Of a DNA stretch of 64,000 bases, positions 14,776 to 27,086 are shown piece after piece. The position numbers and the translations under genes were made by a program. This DNA is from Octopus sinensis (Eukaryota). The stretch is taken from the NCBI RefSeq assembly GCF_006345805.1, contig NC_042997.1:93062001-93126000 (forward strand), read 5' to 3'. Within the stretch, counting starts at the first letter, position 1; every line of letters begins with the position of its first letter. The notes under the pieces are model-generated. The model was given only the letters and a program-made list of their open reading frames with translations, did no database searches and was not told the origin of the DNA.

Positions 14776-15028
14776 ACTGAACGCCACGCATCCATTTCCA
14801 AATCTATCTTAAACTTTTAGATGAGACTCTACTCTATAGTGTTTTGACTCCCCTATCCTTCTCTATTCCCTTTTTCTCCCTTTCACCGTTTTATCTGTCT
14901 CGCTTTCTCCCCCCTTTCTCTTTTTCTCTCTCTCGTTGATAACGCGTGACCATCGTCCATCTTTCTTTTCCTCCTTATCTATCTATCTATCCTTGTTTCT
15001 TTCTGTGAATTTCTTTTTTGTGAATTCT

Positions 15029-15128
<100 letters not shown>

Positions 15129-16062
15129 TTAGTTAGTTATTTATGTGCTGTGCTTTTGCGTGCGCGTGAATGTGTGTGTGTGAGTGAGAGAGGAGAGAGA
15201 GAAGGTTTCTTTCAGTTTCCATCAACTAAATCCACTCACAAGGTTTTAGTTGGACCGAGGCTAGAATAGAAGACACTAGTCCAGGGTGCCATGCCTGCGC
15301 CTATAGGTGTATAGGTTTATATTTTGAATTCATCTTTTATTTCCTTATATTATAAAGCACATCGTATCTATCAAACATATTACAAGAAGGTAAATATGTT
15401 AGACCTTCTAAGTTCATTTCGATTATATTTAATGGTACAGCTTTGATTAAATGGCAAGAATTGTAAAGAACTTTTTAAAATTCTTTGCTTGTGTCTAATA
15501 TATTAACAATGTTTTCAAATATGCTGATTTACTCTCTGGAATTTCCGCGGATCCCGCAAGTAAGCAGATAAATCTCGACGTATAAAAACTAAGGGAAATG
15601 AAGAATCGGAATGAGTGTTTCACTATTGTGCAGATTATAGTTAAATTTTAAAATGATGGATTCTGATTTAGGCCAAAAATTTTGAAAGGAGGAAATTAGT
15701 CGACATCATCGATCCCAGTACTTGATTAATACTTTAATTTAATGTTCCAGAAAGAATGAAAGGCAAACTCGACCTCAGCAGGATTTGAACTCGGAACGTA
15801 AAGGAATCCTTCAAAGCATTTTGTCCGAACCTTTAGCGATTCTGCTAGCTCAAGGCAGGCAGGACTAAACAATGGCTGCTGATGGTTTGCCTGACACACC
15901 CCATACAATAGAAATATCACATTTATTTGTATAAAACCCAATTACAGTTGCTTAAATAATTCTGTAACGAATCTGATATATCTAATAAACGGTTGACTGG
16001 TTTGAGCTTGGTATGGATTACTTTGTCAGCCTTATTGTCACATAAAAAAACCTTTATTTCGA

Positions 16063-16155
16063 GAAGAAGAAGAAGAAGAAGAAGAAGAAGAAGAAGAAGA
16101 AGAAGAAGAAGAAGAAGAAGAAGAAGAAGAAGAAGAAGAAGAAGAAGAAGAAGAA
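16063..16155. repeat. Perfect (GAA)n microsatellite
   Basis: About 30 uninterrupted GAA units. Confidence 0.95.
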
Positions 16156-17405
16156 TTAATAGTGACTGAAAACAAAAGATGAATCCATTGCCTACGTCAT
16201 ACTTTCAGCTGAACAAAATTTCGTGACTGACCCAAGTATTTCATGAATCTTTTCGCATGTTACTGTAGATAAATATGTTTACAGTTTTAGAACAGAGAGA
16301 AATACGTACACGCAAGCACGCACTCAGACACAGAAATACACGCATATTTAAAGCTGAATCGCAATGCATTACTACTCGAAGTGTTATGTTCTAGGTCTTC
16401 AGGCGATTGAAATTGTGGACTTTGAGACGTTTTTAAATACATTAGGAATGTATAAAAACATATCTTCAGTCCAGTGACACTAACAATATAGAGGTTTCCG
16501 GCGTGTATGTGAACCATAATATACAGTTCTACTGCCGATTCTTACATCATAGTAATGCACCGGCTCCAGCATTCAATCCTTATAAGGACAGGTTGGTAAA
16601 AAATCAAAACTCACTATCTTCAATTCGGTTTATGTGATTATTCTTACCAATAGTTATGAATGTTGAGTGATGAATGAAAGAGTACGAATGCGAAAGATCT
16701 CCGGAGTAACGTTACTCGATAGGGTGAGTAGCTCGGAGTTTAGTGAGTCTCTCCAGGTCGAGCTCCTACTTTAACGCATTGTGAGATCACAGCTCTAGTA
16801 CTGCGGATATGTGATAAGAATATCATAGGAATGAATTGCAAGATAGATTCTTCAAACCGAGCCAACCGGAAAGAGAACATGGGTAGACCATAACGAGATG
16901 GTTGAATGATACCTATAATCTCAGTTGGTCACGCTTAGGAATCCAGCCGGAAAGTGGAATGACAGCTACTTTTGATAGGACCTTATGGAGGAGGTGCCTG
17001 AGGACTCTACTTTCACGAACCATCCAGTAACAGTGGGAAAGAAAGATGAATAGATTTTCACACTTCTATAGAAACCCTTGAGAAAAACATCAGCATATGC
17101 TCTTTTTCGCACCACCCAGAAAATTCCATTTACCCAAACTTTTCAACAGAATTAAGGTCAATGCTTGTTGAAGAAAAGTCGCCCTAGCTTCGACTGAATT
17201 TTGTACAAAACCTTTAGAAAATCTATATAATTCTGACAAAGTTCTAAATTGTCTTTCTTTCTTCTGTCCCTCCCACGCAAGGTCATCTGAAACTGTCTGC
17301 AGATGGTATTCTTTCCCTAAATTGTTCTTTACGATCACATGGACACTTATACCTGAACAGAGAGCTTGTTATTAGAACTAACAGTCAAATATATATATAT
17401 ATATA

Positions 17406-18280
17406 CTAGGTCTGATCAATAGCTATCCGGACTGTTGCCATAGTAACGAAGCTGAAGCATGCATGCTAAAGCCGCTTGGCAAAGATTGACCTTCAACCCT
17501 GTTATGCCTGCACACTAGATTTTAACATTCTAGCTTACTTCCGCTGTTTACAGCAGTACTTGGAATGAACGTCTGTAGCGTGTTATCGTCGCATTGATCA
17601 TGGCAGAGAAAGTTGTCATGGCGATACCTGCTCAGATGCCTACGAAAAGTTGTAGAAAGTGTATGGAGAGAAGTGTATGAGCCGCACACAAGCGTATGAG
17701 TGCTTCAGACGTTTCCACAGTGGTTGTAAAAATGTCGATAGTGGTGAACGTTCTGGGTGACCCGCAACCAGCAGAACTGTGAAAAACATCGGATGTGCGT
17801 GCAGCTGTGAAGGGAAATCGTCGAATCGCCATCCGTGAGTTATCAGAGGATGTACAGATTAGTTACAGTTCAGTTCAGTCCATTATCACTGAAGATTTGG
17901 GTATGAGATGCGTGTCTGCCAAGTTTGTGCCAAAACTGCTTTTAGTTGACCAAAAAGACACTCGCGTTTCAGTAGCACAAGATCTCTTTGATTGCGTCGA
18001 GAACGATAAAAACGTTTTGAAAACTTTGCGTCGGCCTTTGAGCAGGTATCACCAATTTTGACAAAATTTTATGCAAATTCTCTGCTCAACTTTTTCTGTC
18101 ATGGTCAGTGCGACGATCACACGCTATGCACCTTCCTTGCAAGCACTGCTATAAACATCAGAAGTGAGCTAGAACGTTAAAACTTAATGCACATGCACAA
18201 TCTGTGTCAAGCGGCTTTACTCTGTGTGCTTTAGCATCGTTACTATGGCAACAGTCCGGATACTTATTGATCACACCACG
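17406..18280 (+). mobile_element. Internally deleted mariner transposon with both TIRs and TA TSD
   Basis: TIRs ctaggtctgatcaatagctatccggactgttgccatagtaacga and reverse complement cgtggtgtgatcaataagtatccggactgttgccatagtaacga, flanked by TA; peptide NRRIAIRELSEDVQISYSSVQSIITEDLGMRCVSAKFVPKLL...QKDTRV is the Mos1-like N-terminal HTH region; catalytic domain absent. Confidence 0.9.
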
Positions 18281-20149
18281 TATAAGAGCACTTCAAATTC
18301 CACAGTGCCATTCGCCGTGAGAGGGATGCAAGAAACTCAGAGCATCAAGTGTTTCAAGGAACAAATGGTAAAAAATTAATATGAACTTGTGTCCATCGTA
18401 ATTTTTCCAAGCACAGATCCATGTTTCGCCAGACAAAGCCAAAAATATGTAGGAAAGTAATAGTCGTATACATATTAGCCACATTTCAAAGAATATTACC
18501 AACAACTATAAATAAAACTAACTCTAGAACATATTATGCTATTAATATCGAAGCAAAAAAAATAGCTACTAACCTAAAATATATAACAGAATGGAATCTT
18601 TTGCGTTACTTGAACCATATGCAGTAGATTTAAAATTTAAGGGAAATATAGATGACTTTCTCGCCAATTGCATATGCAAATTAATTAATCTGGCTAAAGT
18701 ATCTTATAATAATTCTGCTTGGCTATTTAACCCGTCGGTAACGCTTTCACATAATTAGAGAAAAAGAGGGAGAAAGAAAAAAGGAAAAGAGAAAAAGTGG
18801 GAGAGAAAAGAGGGAGAGACAAAAAGAGGGAGAGAGAAGCGTCCATGACGTGAGGTAGGGGAGCGTAATATTTATTACGTGGTTAAAAAGTTAGGTGAAG
18901 GTAGAGGAGGAGAGTTAAAGATATAATTTTAGCTGAGGGGTGATGTTCTGATGGTGAGGTTAAAGAAAGGTAGAGAGAGAGAAAGAGAGGGAAAGATAGA
19001 AGAGGGAGAGAGAGGAGGAAAGAGAGAGAGAAGGAAAGAGAGAGGGGGGAGGCAGAGAGATGATGATGATGATGGTGGTGGTAGTAGTGGGGATGGAGGT
19101 TGTGGCGGTGGTTTGGTGGTGGTGGTGGTAGTGGTGGTGGTGGTAGTAGTGGCGGGGGTCGTGGTGGGGGTGGCAGTAGTGATTGGATAGTGAAAATTGT
19201 ACTTTTAAAAATTGAACTAAGTTTTTTTTATATTACCTGTCACTTAACGCATGCGCATAAGTGCAATTCCGTGAAATACGCTTATCTATGTGACAGATAT
19301 ATGCAATGTAACTAAAGGTTATATTATATGTACGAGATTTATGGGAAAAATAAGAGTGGATATTTATTCTATGGACGCCGTGTGTTAAATCTATAAAATT
19401 GTTCATAAACTATATAAAGCGTATATATAAAGTGCATTAGTAATCATTGTATTCCAGTTTGTTTTGCTTTTCAATGAGTAGCAGATGAGAGACTATCTTC
19501 TCATACAGACACAACTCAGGCTACGCTTTTTGAATTAAGTTTTCAGAAATGACCCAATGGGTTTAGCATTAATTCCGTGAAATATTCACGAGTCCCGTTA
19601 GTAGCCAATAAAAGTAGTTTAGATTCGATTGTTTTAACATTAAGTATGTAAATTCTGTTACCTTGTGGAATAATTGCATATTTATCATCACATGGTTCTG
19701 TAATATGGGTAATAAGTACTTTTATAAGACTGTATTGGATAGTTTTTTATTACACTTATATTCTAGTTATTGTTTCAAACAATAAATGTTTTGTTATTTT
19801 ACGGTAATACTGTTTCAGATTCGACAATTTATGTATTTGATACTACATTCGTCGCTACACAGTTTTGTGTTACCTCTAATATATATATAAAAACTTAGCT
19901 TAGTTTTTAAAAAATAGTTTTCACTCTCCAATCACTACCGCCATCTCCACCACCTCCATCCCTATTACCACCACCATCATCTTGACAATGTGGTGTTGAT
20001 AAAATCTAAGTTTCTTTTACATTGACACACAATACATACATTCATATATACATAAATATGTATGTATGTATGTATGTATGCATGTATGTATGTATGTATG
20101 TATGTATGTATGTATGTATGTATTTGTATGTACATATTTTCAGTAGGAA

Positions 20150-20700
20150 AACATATTTTCATTAGTAGACTTTGTCCACCATCATTAGTTAATAATTCAA
20201 CTGAAAGAGCAGAGGCAATTGTTATCGGTGATTTAAGAACGGTGAAAAAAAAAACAGACACAAATATCTTACTGTATATCTCAATCCACAACCCTAAGAA
20301 TACAGAGACGGTATGATGTAATTAAGTAAAATTTACCCCTGTTCAAACGTGATCCTATAATGAGGAGAATCTTTGAAAAACGGAAACTAATTAAAAGTAA
20401 AAACAACTGCTACAATCATTGAAGCATCTTTTAACAAGTGTCCAGTTACTTGCTAGTATTACACAAGTTACCAACCAATATTACACGGCTTCAAAAAAAG
20501 GTGCAAATTTTTAAAACGAAAACCTACTTTCATGTCTTTCGGAAAACTTGCCGTGGGTGTGGTCAGAATTATATTGCCCAAATAGGCATGTCACTCAGAA
20601 AACATTTGACAAATACGTGATCCGAACATAGGAAGAATTCGACTAAGTGAACATCTGAATAGATGTACAGAAACTTGGCAACCAAAATTTTAGCTTTTTC
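20150..20700 (+). mobile_element. Penelope-like element remnant (post-RT linker and GIY-YIG endonuclease)
   Basis: Frameshifted peptides FKRDPIMRRIFEKRKLIKSK and CRGCGQNYIAQIGMSLRKHL resemble the CxxC..YIGQTGRSL..R..EH GIY-YIG motif. Confidence 0.65.
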
Positions 20701-22195
20701 CACTATAACACTGCAGAAAATATGACAGAACAATAAAGAAACTTTTTTTTACAGCAAAATATATACCAAGTTTAAATCATTGACCAACTACTGTTTTCTA
20801 CTTCTAATTCATTTACTAATATTTATAAGATATATTACCTCTCGCATTTTTGAATAATTAGAAGTACAAAAATGTATGCCCTTAATTTGAATCTAATAAC
20901 ATGATCAATATTACCTTCCTTGTTATCTAGTGTGTCTATAACAAAACTTTTCCTGGTAGGCATATTAAATATAATATGAAGGCTAGTAGCAAGCCAAACA
21001 TTGCCATGAATATATTCTGTAAAAATTGAAACCGGTTTGAAATGATTTATTTTGATGTATTTTTACAATTATGGACTTTGAAGAGCTTACTATGGTATTT
21101 CGAAATTATATGAATGTCTTTAGGAATCCATTATCTTGAAATGATTTGATTGTAGTAATGTATTTTGGATATAATACAATATTTACGAATATGTAATCAT
21201 GTATTTTGAAATTATTTGATTGTGATAATTTACTTTCCAGTAAATATTATCGTATTTCGAAATTAATTTACTGTAATAATATACTTCGAATTAATTCACT
21301 GTAGTATAAAAAAAAGACAACGGATTTTCATGTTACTCTTCCATACTTCTCGGCTTGTATGTTATATTAACAGTATATATATATAAAGAATAGAAATTCA
21401 AAGAATTAAACAGAGCTCACAGTATGTTTTCCACCTGGTGTCTAGCTACTGAGAAAGACAATGGTCGAAACTCAAGTGTCAGATTAACGTCACCGTTGTT
21501 CCGAAAATCCAGGAATGATATTGGTGGAGAGTATATAATGATTAAGCAAAATATAGTAAGTGAGAGATGAAATATATATTCCATTTGTTGAGAGCTATTT
21601 CATAATCCATATCCAGGTACATCAGCGACGCTAAAACAACCAACACATATATAAATGTACAGTTGTAACATAATAAACATTTCATAAGCATATAGATCTG
21701 CTCAATTTAGCTAGGCTGTCGCATATAGTAGTAGACTTGAGATGCATTTGTTAAACTTCCAAACTTTAAAGATACTAGAATGCCCATATTTGAAACATAA
21801 TAAAAAACAAAAACAAAAAAATATATATAGAATCATAACATAAATAAAATAAAATCAAAAATAGAGTAATTAGTCGTCTGTTTGCTTCACAAAATTTAGG
21901 TGTATACTATTATAAGATATAAAAATACAAATATATAATAATAACGTAAAGAGTAAGATAACAATTGAAATAAGAAAATGTAAAAAAATAAATAAGAAAT
22001 TAAATTATAGGGAAAATTTTGCAAAGACACCCATGTGTTTACGAAAAAAAAAGGATTTGACTTTAATTATGGACCACCAAGTACATATGCTCCAAAAGAG
22101 GTAGTAAAAATTCCACGCCTGACTGGTTTTGAAAGGCAGATGTATCTGTCATTACATTGACCACCTATATGTAAGTACACATGCTTACACGTGCA

Positions 22196-22256
<61 letters not shown>

Positions 22257-22521
22257 AACACAAATAATAAACACATATACACATGCGCGCACACACATAC
22301 ATAATTTGTAAAGATGTTATCAAAATATGATTTTCTATCATGCTTATAGACAAGCAATCAATTCATACACATATATGTACATATACATTCACACACACTT
22401 ACACACATATATGCACGCATACATGTACAGACAAATATATAAATGTATGCATACTTGTACAAATATGTGTATATATATATATGTATATATGTATGTATAT
22501 ATATATATATATGTGTGTGTG

Positions 22522-22564
<43 letters not shown>

Positions 22565-22624
22565 AAACAAAAAAATTATTATTTCTAAATTTCTCAACGA
22601 GAGACAATCAGTAACAGTACTCTG

Positions 22625-22902
22625 AAGTAAAGATTATTTATCAACATAATGTGGCAGAGTAATGTTGCTGTTATGTAGCCCCAGGAAACATCGTCTCCAG
22701 CTGGCTATACGACACATTATATCTGTGTTCTTATATTTTCGAACAATGAAGTGTGCTGAGTGGGGACGCTAAACTCCCATATTTGAAAATATAAGGACAC
22801 AGTGTGTCGTATAGCCAGCTGGAGTCGATGTTTCCTGGGGTTCATTAACAGTAACTTTCATCTCAACCAAGACTGCCACACTATATTGGCAAATAATCTT
22901 TA

Positions 22903-22906
<4 letters not shown>
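22625..22906. mobile_element. MITE-like element with long imperfect TIRs
   Basis: ccccaggaaacatcgtctccagctggctatacgacaca versus tgtgtcgtatagccagctggagtcgatgtttcctgggg; outer gtaaagattattt versus aaataatctttac. Confidence 0.7.
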
Positions 22907-22930
<24 letters not shown>

Positions 22931-22940
<10 letters not shown>

Positions 22941-23380
22941 GTAAAGAGTGAAAAAACGACAGAAGGCTTAAATGTTAAAAAATATATATATTTGCGTCAA
23001 TATGTCTGAAGAATATTAGAAAATTTTTTTAACAAATTTTTTTTCCTTTATAATGACATAATTTTTAATGAAAGACCGGTTTCGCATTTAGCTTTTCAAA
23101 TTTCTTGTGATGTTATGTTTATGTTTAATAGAGTTATCCTTGTGTTTAAGCTCCGGAGAGTTCTACAAGGATAACTTTATTAAACATAAACATAACGTCA
23201 CAAGAAATTTGAAAAGCTAAATGCGAAACCGGTCTTTCTTTAAAAATTATGTCATTATAAAGGAAAAAAAATTTGTTTAAAAAATTTTCTAATATTCTTC
23301 AGACATATTGACGCAAATATATATATTTTTTAACATTTAAGCCTTCTGTCGTTTTTTCACTCTTTACTATTTTTTATATA
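22931..23380. repeat. Long palindrome, ~213-bp arms with a 21-nt spacer (23144-23164)
   Basis: Arms are near-exact reverse complements by direct reading. Confidence 0.92.
23202..23240 (+). ncRNA. Minimal type I hammerhead-like motif, U3:A8 core variant (mirror copy on minus strand at 23070-23106)
   Basis: aagaaa-t-UUGAAAA-gc(taaat)gc-GAAA-cc/gGUC-tttctt; 6-bp stem I, one extra U before the core, 2-bp stem II. Confidence 0.5.
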
Positions 23381-23410
23381 TTCACCCACGTGCTTTCACA
23401 AACCAACTTT

Positions 23411-23457
<47 letters not shown>

Positions 23458-24494
23458 GACTTACAAAGGTGTACAGGTGACAGGTATCAATTCATTACGG
23501 CCTTTCAAGCGACTCCTTTAATAGATTAATGAAAACATTACATTATTTGTAAGAAACCGTTCTTATCAGATGATTGCATAGACTTCAAACATAAACGACA
23601 CAACCATTTCTTTAACTTATTCACATCAATAATGGAACTCAAAATATTTACATTGTTTCTTTTGATATGTCCGTGGTAGGATGAGTTTAGAAAATAATAT
23701 ATACCTTGTTAAGTCTACTATAATTTGGAGAGCAGCAGAGGAAATAGAGGGGTGGTGGTCAGGATAAAAAGAGTGGTGACCTAGTTACTTACATTTAAAA
23801 AAAAAACTTTATGTAGAATGTAGTCTTCAACCATTTAGAATCAAATCTATTGGGAATTGTCAACTATATTCTAGTTAATGGTGCTAAATAAATTAATGTC
23901 AGATAATCTACTAGACTCTCAATGTACTAGAACCATACATCTAGCTTTATCTACACAAAAGAGAAAGACGTAGGGTTAGTAGTAAGAGAATGCCTGATGG
24001 GGCAGGGGTGATAATTGGAAGATATAAGAACAGGGATGGCCAATACTTATTTTGATTATCATATTAAAGGGGAATATAATGAAAAACCAAAGAGATAAGT
24101 AATATAAACTATAGAGGTGGAATTTTAGAATTGAAGAATAAGGGAGGTAATAAATATTACTTAGCAAATTTATAATATTAAAGTGAGAAAATTTTAATCA
24201 ATATATAGAAGGATAGAAATTAAATTTACTGCCTAATAATGGGATACTTTGAAATATAAGAAAAATATTAAGACTTTTCCTAAACATGTTGTATAGAAGA
24301 TCACGATAGAACATTATATACTGAATGTATAACGGAATAAAATTATCACATGAATAGAAATTCATAGCATATTTTAAACTAATATAAGAAATATTCCCTT
24401 CATTACTGGTGGATAAAATATAAGATATCGTAAAAAATGGTACCCAATATATGGGGTAATTGAATTAGAGGTATACTAAATGTATAAGGGAGTA

Positions 24495-24880
24495 CATCGT
24501 AGGAGTGACTGTGTGGTAAGTAGCTTGTTTACCAGCCACATGGTTCCGGGTTCAGTCCCACTGCGTGGCACCTCGTGCAAGTGTCTTCTACTATAGCCTC
24601 GGTCCGACCAAAGCCTTGTGAGTGGATTTGGAAAATGGAAACTGAAAGAAGCCCGTCATATATATATATATACATATATGTGTGTGTATATATGTTTGTG
24701 TATCTGTGTTTGTCCTCCCACTAATGACTGACAACCAATGCTGGTGTGTTTACGCCCCCGTAACTTAGTTGTTCGGCAAAAGATAAGTCCTGGGGTCGAT
24801 TTGTTCGATTAAAGGCGGTACTCCAGCATGGCCACAGTCAAATGACTGAAACAATTAAAATAATAAAAGAATAAAAGAAT
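24495..24880 (+). mobile_element. Full-length SINE family B abutting the PLE RT remnant
   Basis: tRNA head ggagtgactgtgtggtaagtagcttg, CORE-like box, central (TA)/(TG)n, 3' tail ending aataaaagaataaaagaat. Confidence 0.85.
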
Positions 24881-24884
24881 CCGT

Positions 24885-25860
24885 ATCAGTAACCTGGACA
24901 GAATCAGTTGATCCCATAGTAATATCAAAACCATCAAAAGTCTTTTTCTAACCCAGTATTTATTATCAAATAAAATAACTGATTTTCTAGCTTCTAACAT
25001 TATTTTAATTTCTTTTAAACTAAGGTTAGAGCTTCTTTTTGCAAACAAAAGAGCTTTATTAAGTACTATAGGATTAATAGATGAATAATAGTTATCAATA
25101 TCTGTCTTTATAAATTTACTTCTATTTTTATTACCTATTCTATCAAACCAATTAATAGCTTCTTGCGTATTATACCAAAGTTCAAGTTTAATTTTTTTTT
25201 TCCTAAGTGACAATATATACTTATCTAAAATAATTTTACTTAATCTACCTAGATCAGATCGGCCTGGGCAAATTAATCTAACTTTAAGGTTAGAATAGAA
25301 ATTATGTTTATGACTTTTTAAAGTCATCCTGGGCCTCATGTTCTGTCATCGGGATCATGATCATTCATAATCTTCTTAGCTTCCAAGTTAATGGAGCTTA
25401 AAGCATTTTACTTACTACCTTATAATTACTAGTAATTTCATTCCTAATTAATTCATGGTATTTTGATATATCCGTATTAAATAAATTTCCGGTCTTATCG
25501 TTTCGTACAATAATACCATTTTTTCTTTTAAGATCACATACTAAAGATTTTAGATTCTTTAAATGTTCATTCCTCCCAAGGGGATGCTTAACAAATCTAA
25601 AATTTCTCACAACAGACCATAAATCGTTCTCAAATTCTGCCAAATGGAGGTTTGATAGTGGGAATTTCTTAGACTTAATGTTCTTTTTAAATTGTTCAAT
25701 ATCTTCATTATGAGGGTTAATTTTCTGTTCGAATTCCCTATCATTGTAAAACGTTTTCCAACGGATCCTATGGATGAATTCAGTAGTCTTAGTTATTAAA
25801 CCCTTCATGCAATCCTACTTTGGTGATATCGGACTGTTCTTCAATGATAAGTGAATTTGT
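24885..25860 (-). mobile_element. Penelope-like element ORF remnant (N-terminal domain and RT palm)
   Basis: KTTEFIHRIRWK, NDKTGNLF, KFIKTDIDNYYSSI, EARKSVILF; frameshifted DGFDITMGSTDSVQVTD matches the PLE motif FDVTMGSxDGAEvce. Confidence 0.8.
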
Positions 25861-26157
25861 AACTTCCCCATTTTACCAGCGAAAAACAGTACTATCATTA
25901 CTCAAGTAATATTTAAAATTAAAATTCAATACAAGGAAAACAGGCTCCTCTATGGGGATGGAAACATCCAATTTTTTACTGGTTTACTCGTCTACTACAC
26001 AATATAGCAGAGAAAAACTTTCTCACAATTCAAATGGGTATATATTCAATATAGAAAAATTAAAAGAAAATGGAGACTTACGATTGACATATCTTAATTT
26101 ATTGACATAATATTATAATATAATATAATGTAATATAATATAATATAAATGTTACAA

Positions 26158-26233
26158 TCCTACAACAGTTTCGATTCAACCCAATAATAAATTTATAAAA
26201 ATTCATGTTTATGTGTAAGAATCTCATTAGGGA
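26158..26233 (-). ncRNA. Degenerate hammerhead (G5A) with long stem II insertion, upstream of the PLE ORF
   Basis: tcc-CUAAUGA-gattc...gaatc-GAAAC-tgtt-GUA-gga. Confidence 0.45.
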
Positions 26234-26290
26234 AATATTTGAGAAAAATTACATATGAGGAGATTTAGATCCTAGAACATACTGAATTAA

Positions 26291-26344
<54 letters not shown>

Positions 26345-26443
26345 GCAAGGAAAAATTATAAAATGGCAGAATGCTAAATTGAAGGTAGATTTTAATGAAA
26401 ATGGGTGTATGGAAAATTAAAAAAAAAATTTTTTTTTAATATT

Positions 26444-26485
26444 AATTCTAACCGGTTTTCGTCGCAATGCGACTTTTCAAGAATT
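26444..26485 (-). ncRNA. Type I hammerhead ribozyme with U3:A8 covariant core
   Basis: aattc-UUGAAAA-gtcgc(att)gcgac-GAAA-accggt-UA-gaatt; 5-bp stem I, 5-bp stem II, palindromic stem III aaccggtt, UUA triplet; sense to and upstream of the PLE ORF. Confidence 0.7.
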
Positions 26486-26566
26486 GTAAGGTGAAAAGAA
26501 AATTTTTTTTTAATATATATAATTAAAAATATAATACATACATACGTACATACATACATACATACA

Positions 26567-26599
<33 letters not shown>

Positions 26600-26610
26600 G
26601 TATATATATA

Positions 26611-26760
26611 TTAATAATAAGGAGAACGGAGAGTTCACATCGATAATTTTATTTAACAGTTATTTGCAGCATCCTTTTCTGGACAAGGAAAGAATGCTGT
26701 AAGTAATTGTTAAATAAAATTATCGATGTGAAAAATTTCCGTTCTCCTTATCATTATTAA
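26611..26760. repeat. Imperfect inverted repeat (~150 bp hairpin)
   Basis: ttaataataaggagaacgga...cacatcgataattttatttaaca versus tgttaaataaaattatcgatgtg...tccgttctccttatcattattaa. Confidence 0.85.
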
Positions 26761-26982
26761 TACTATTACATACTCTACGAAAACTATGCAGTCCTGAACT
26801 CGGATTTACCAAGCGGGAATAGTTACCAGAGCCTAGCAACTTAATGCTAACTCGGGTGTCACAAAAGGTCAGTTGTGGTTAGCCGGAATCCGAAACTGAA
26901 TTAAGAGGAAGCACAACAACTGCCAGGATAATATATCCCTTTCAACTCATTTTTGGGGACACACATACACAAACGCACGCGC

Positions 26983-27086
<104 letters not shown>

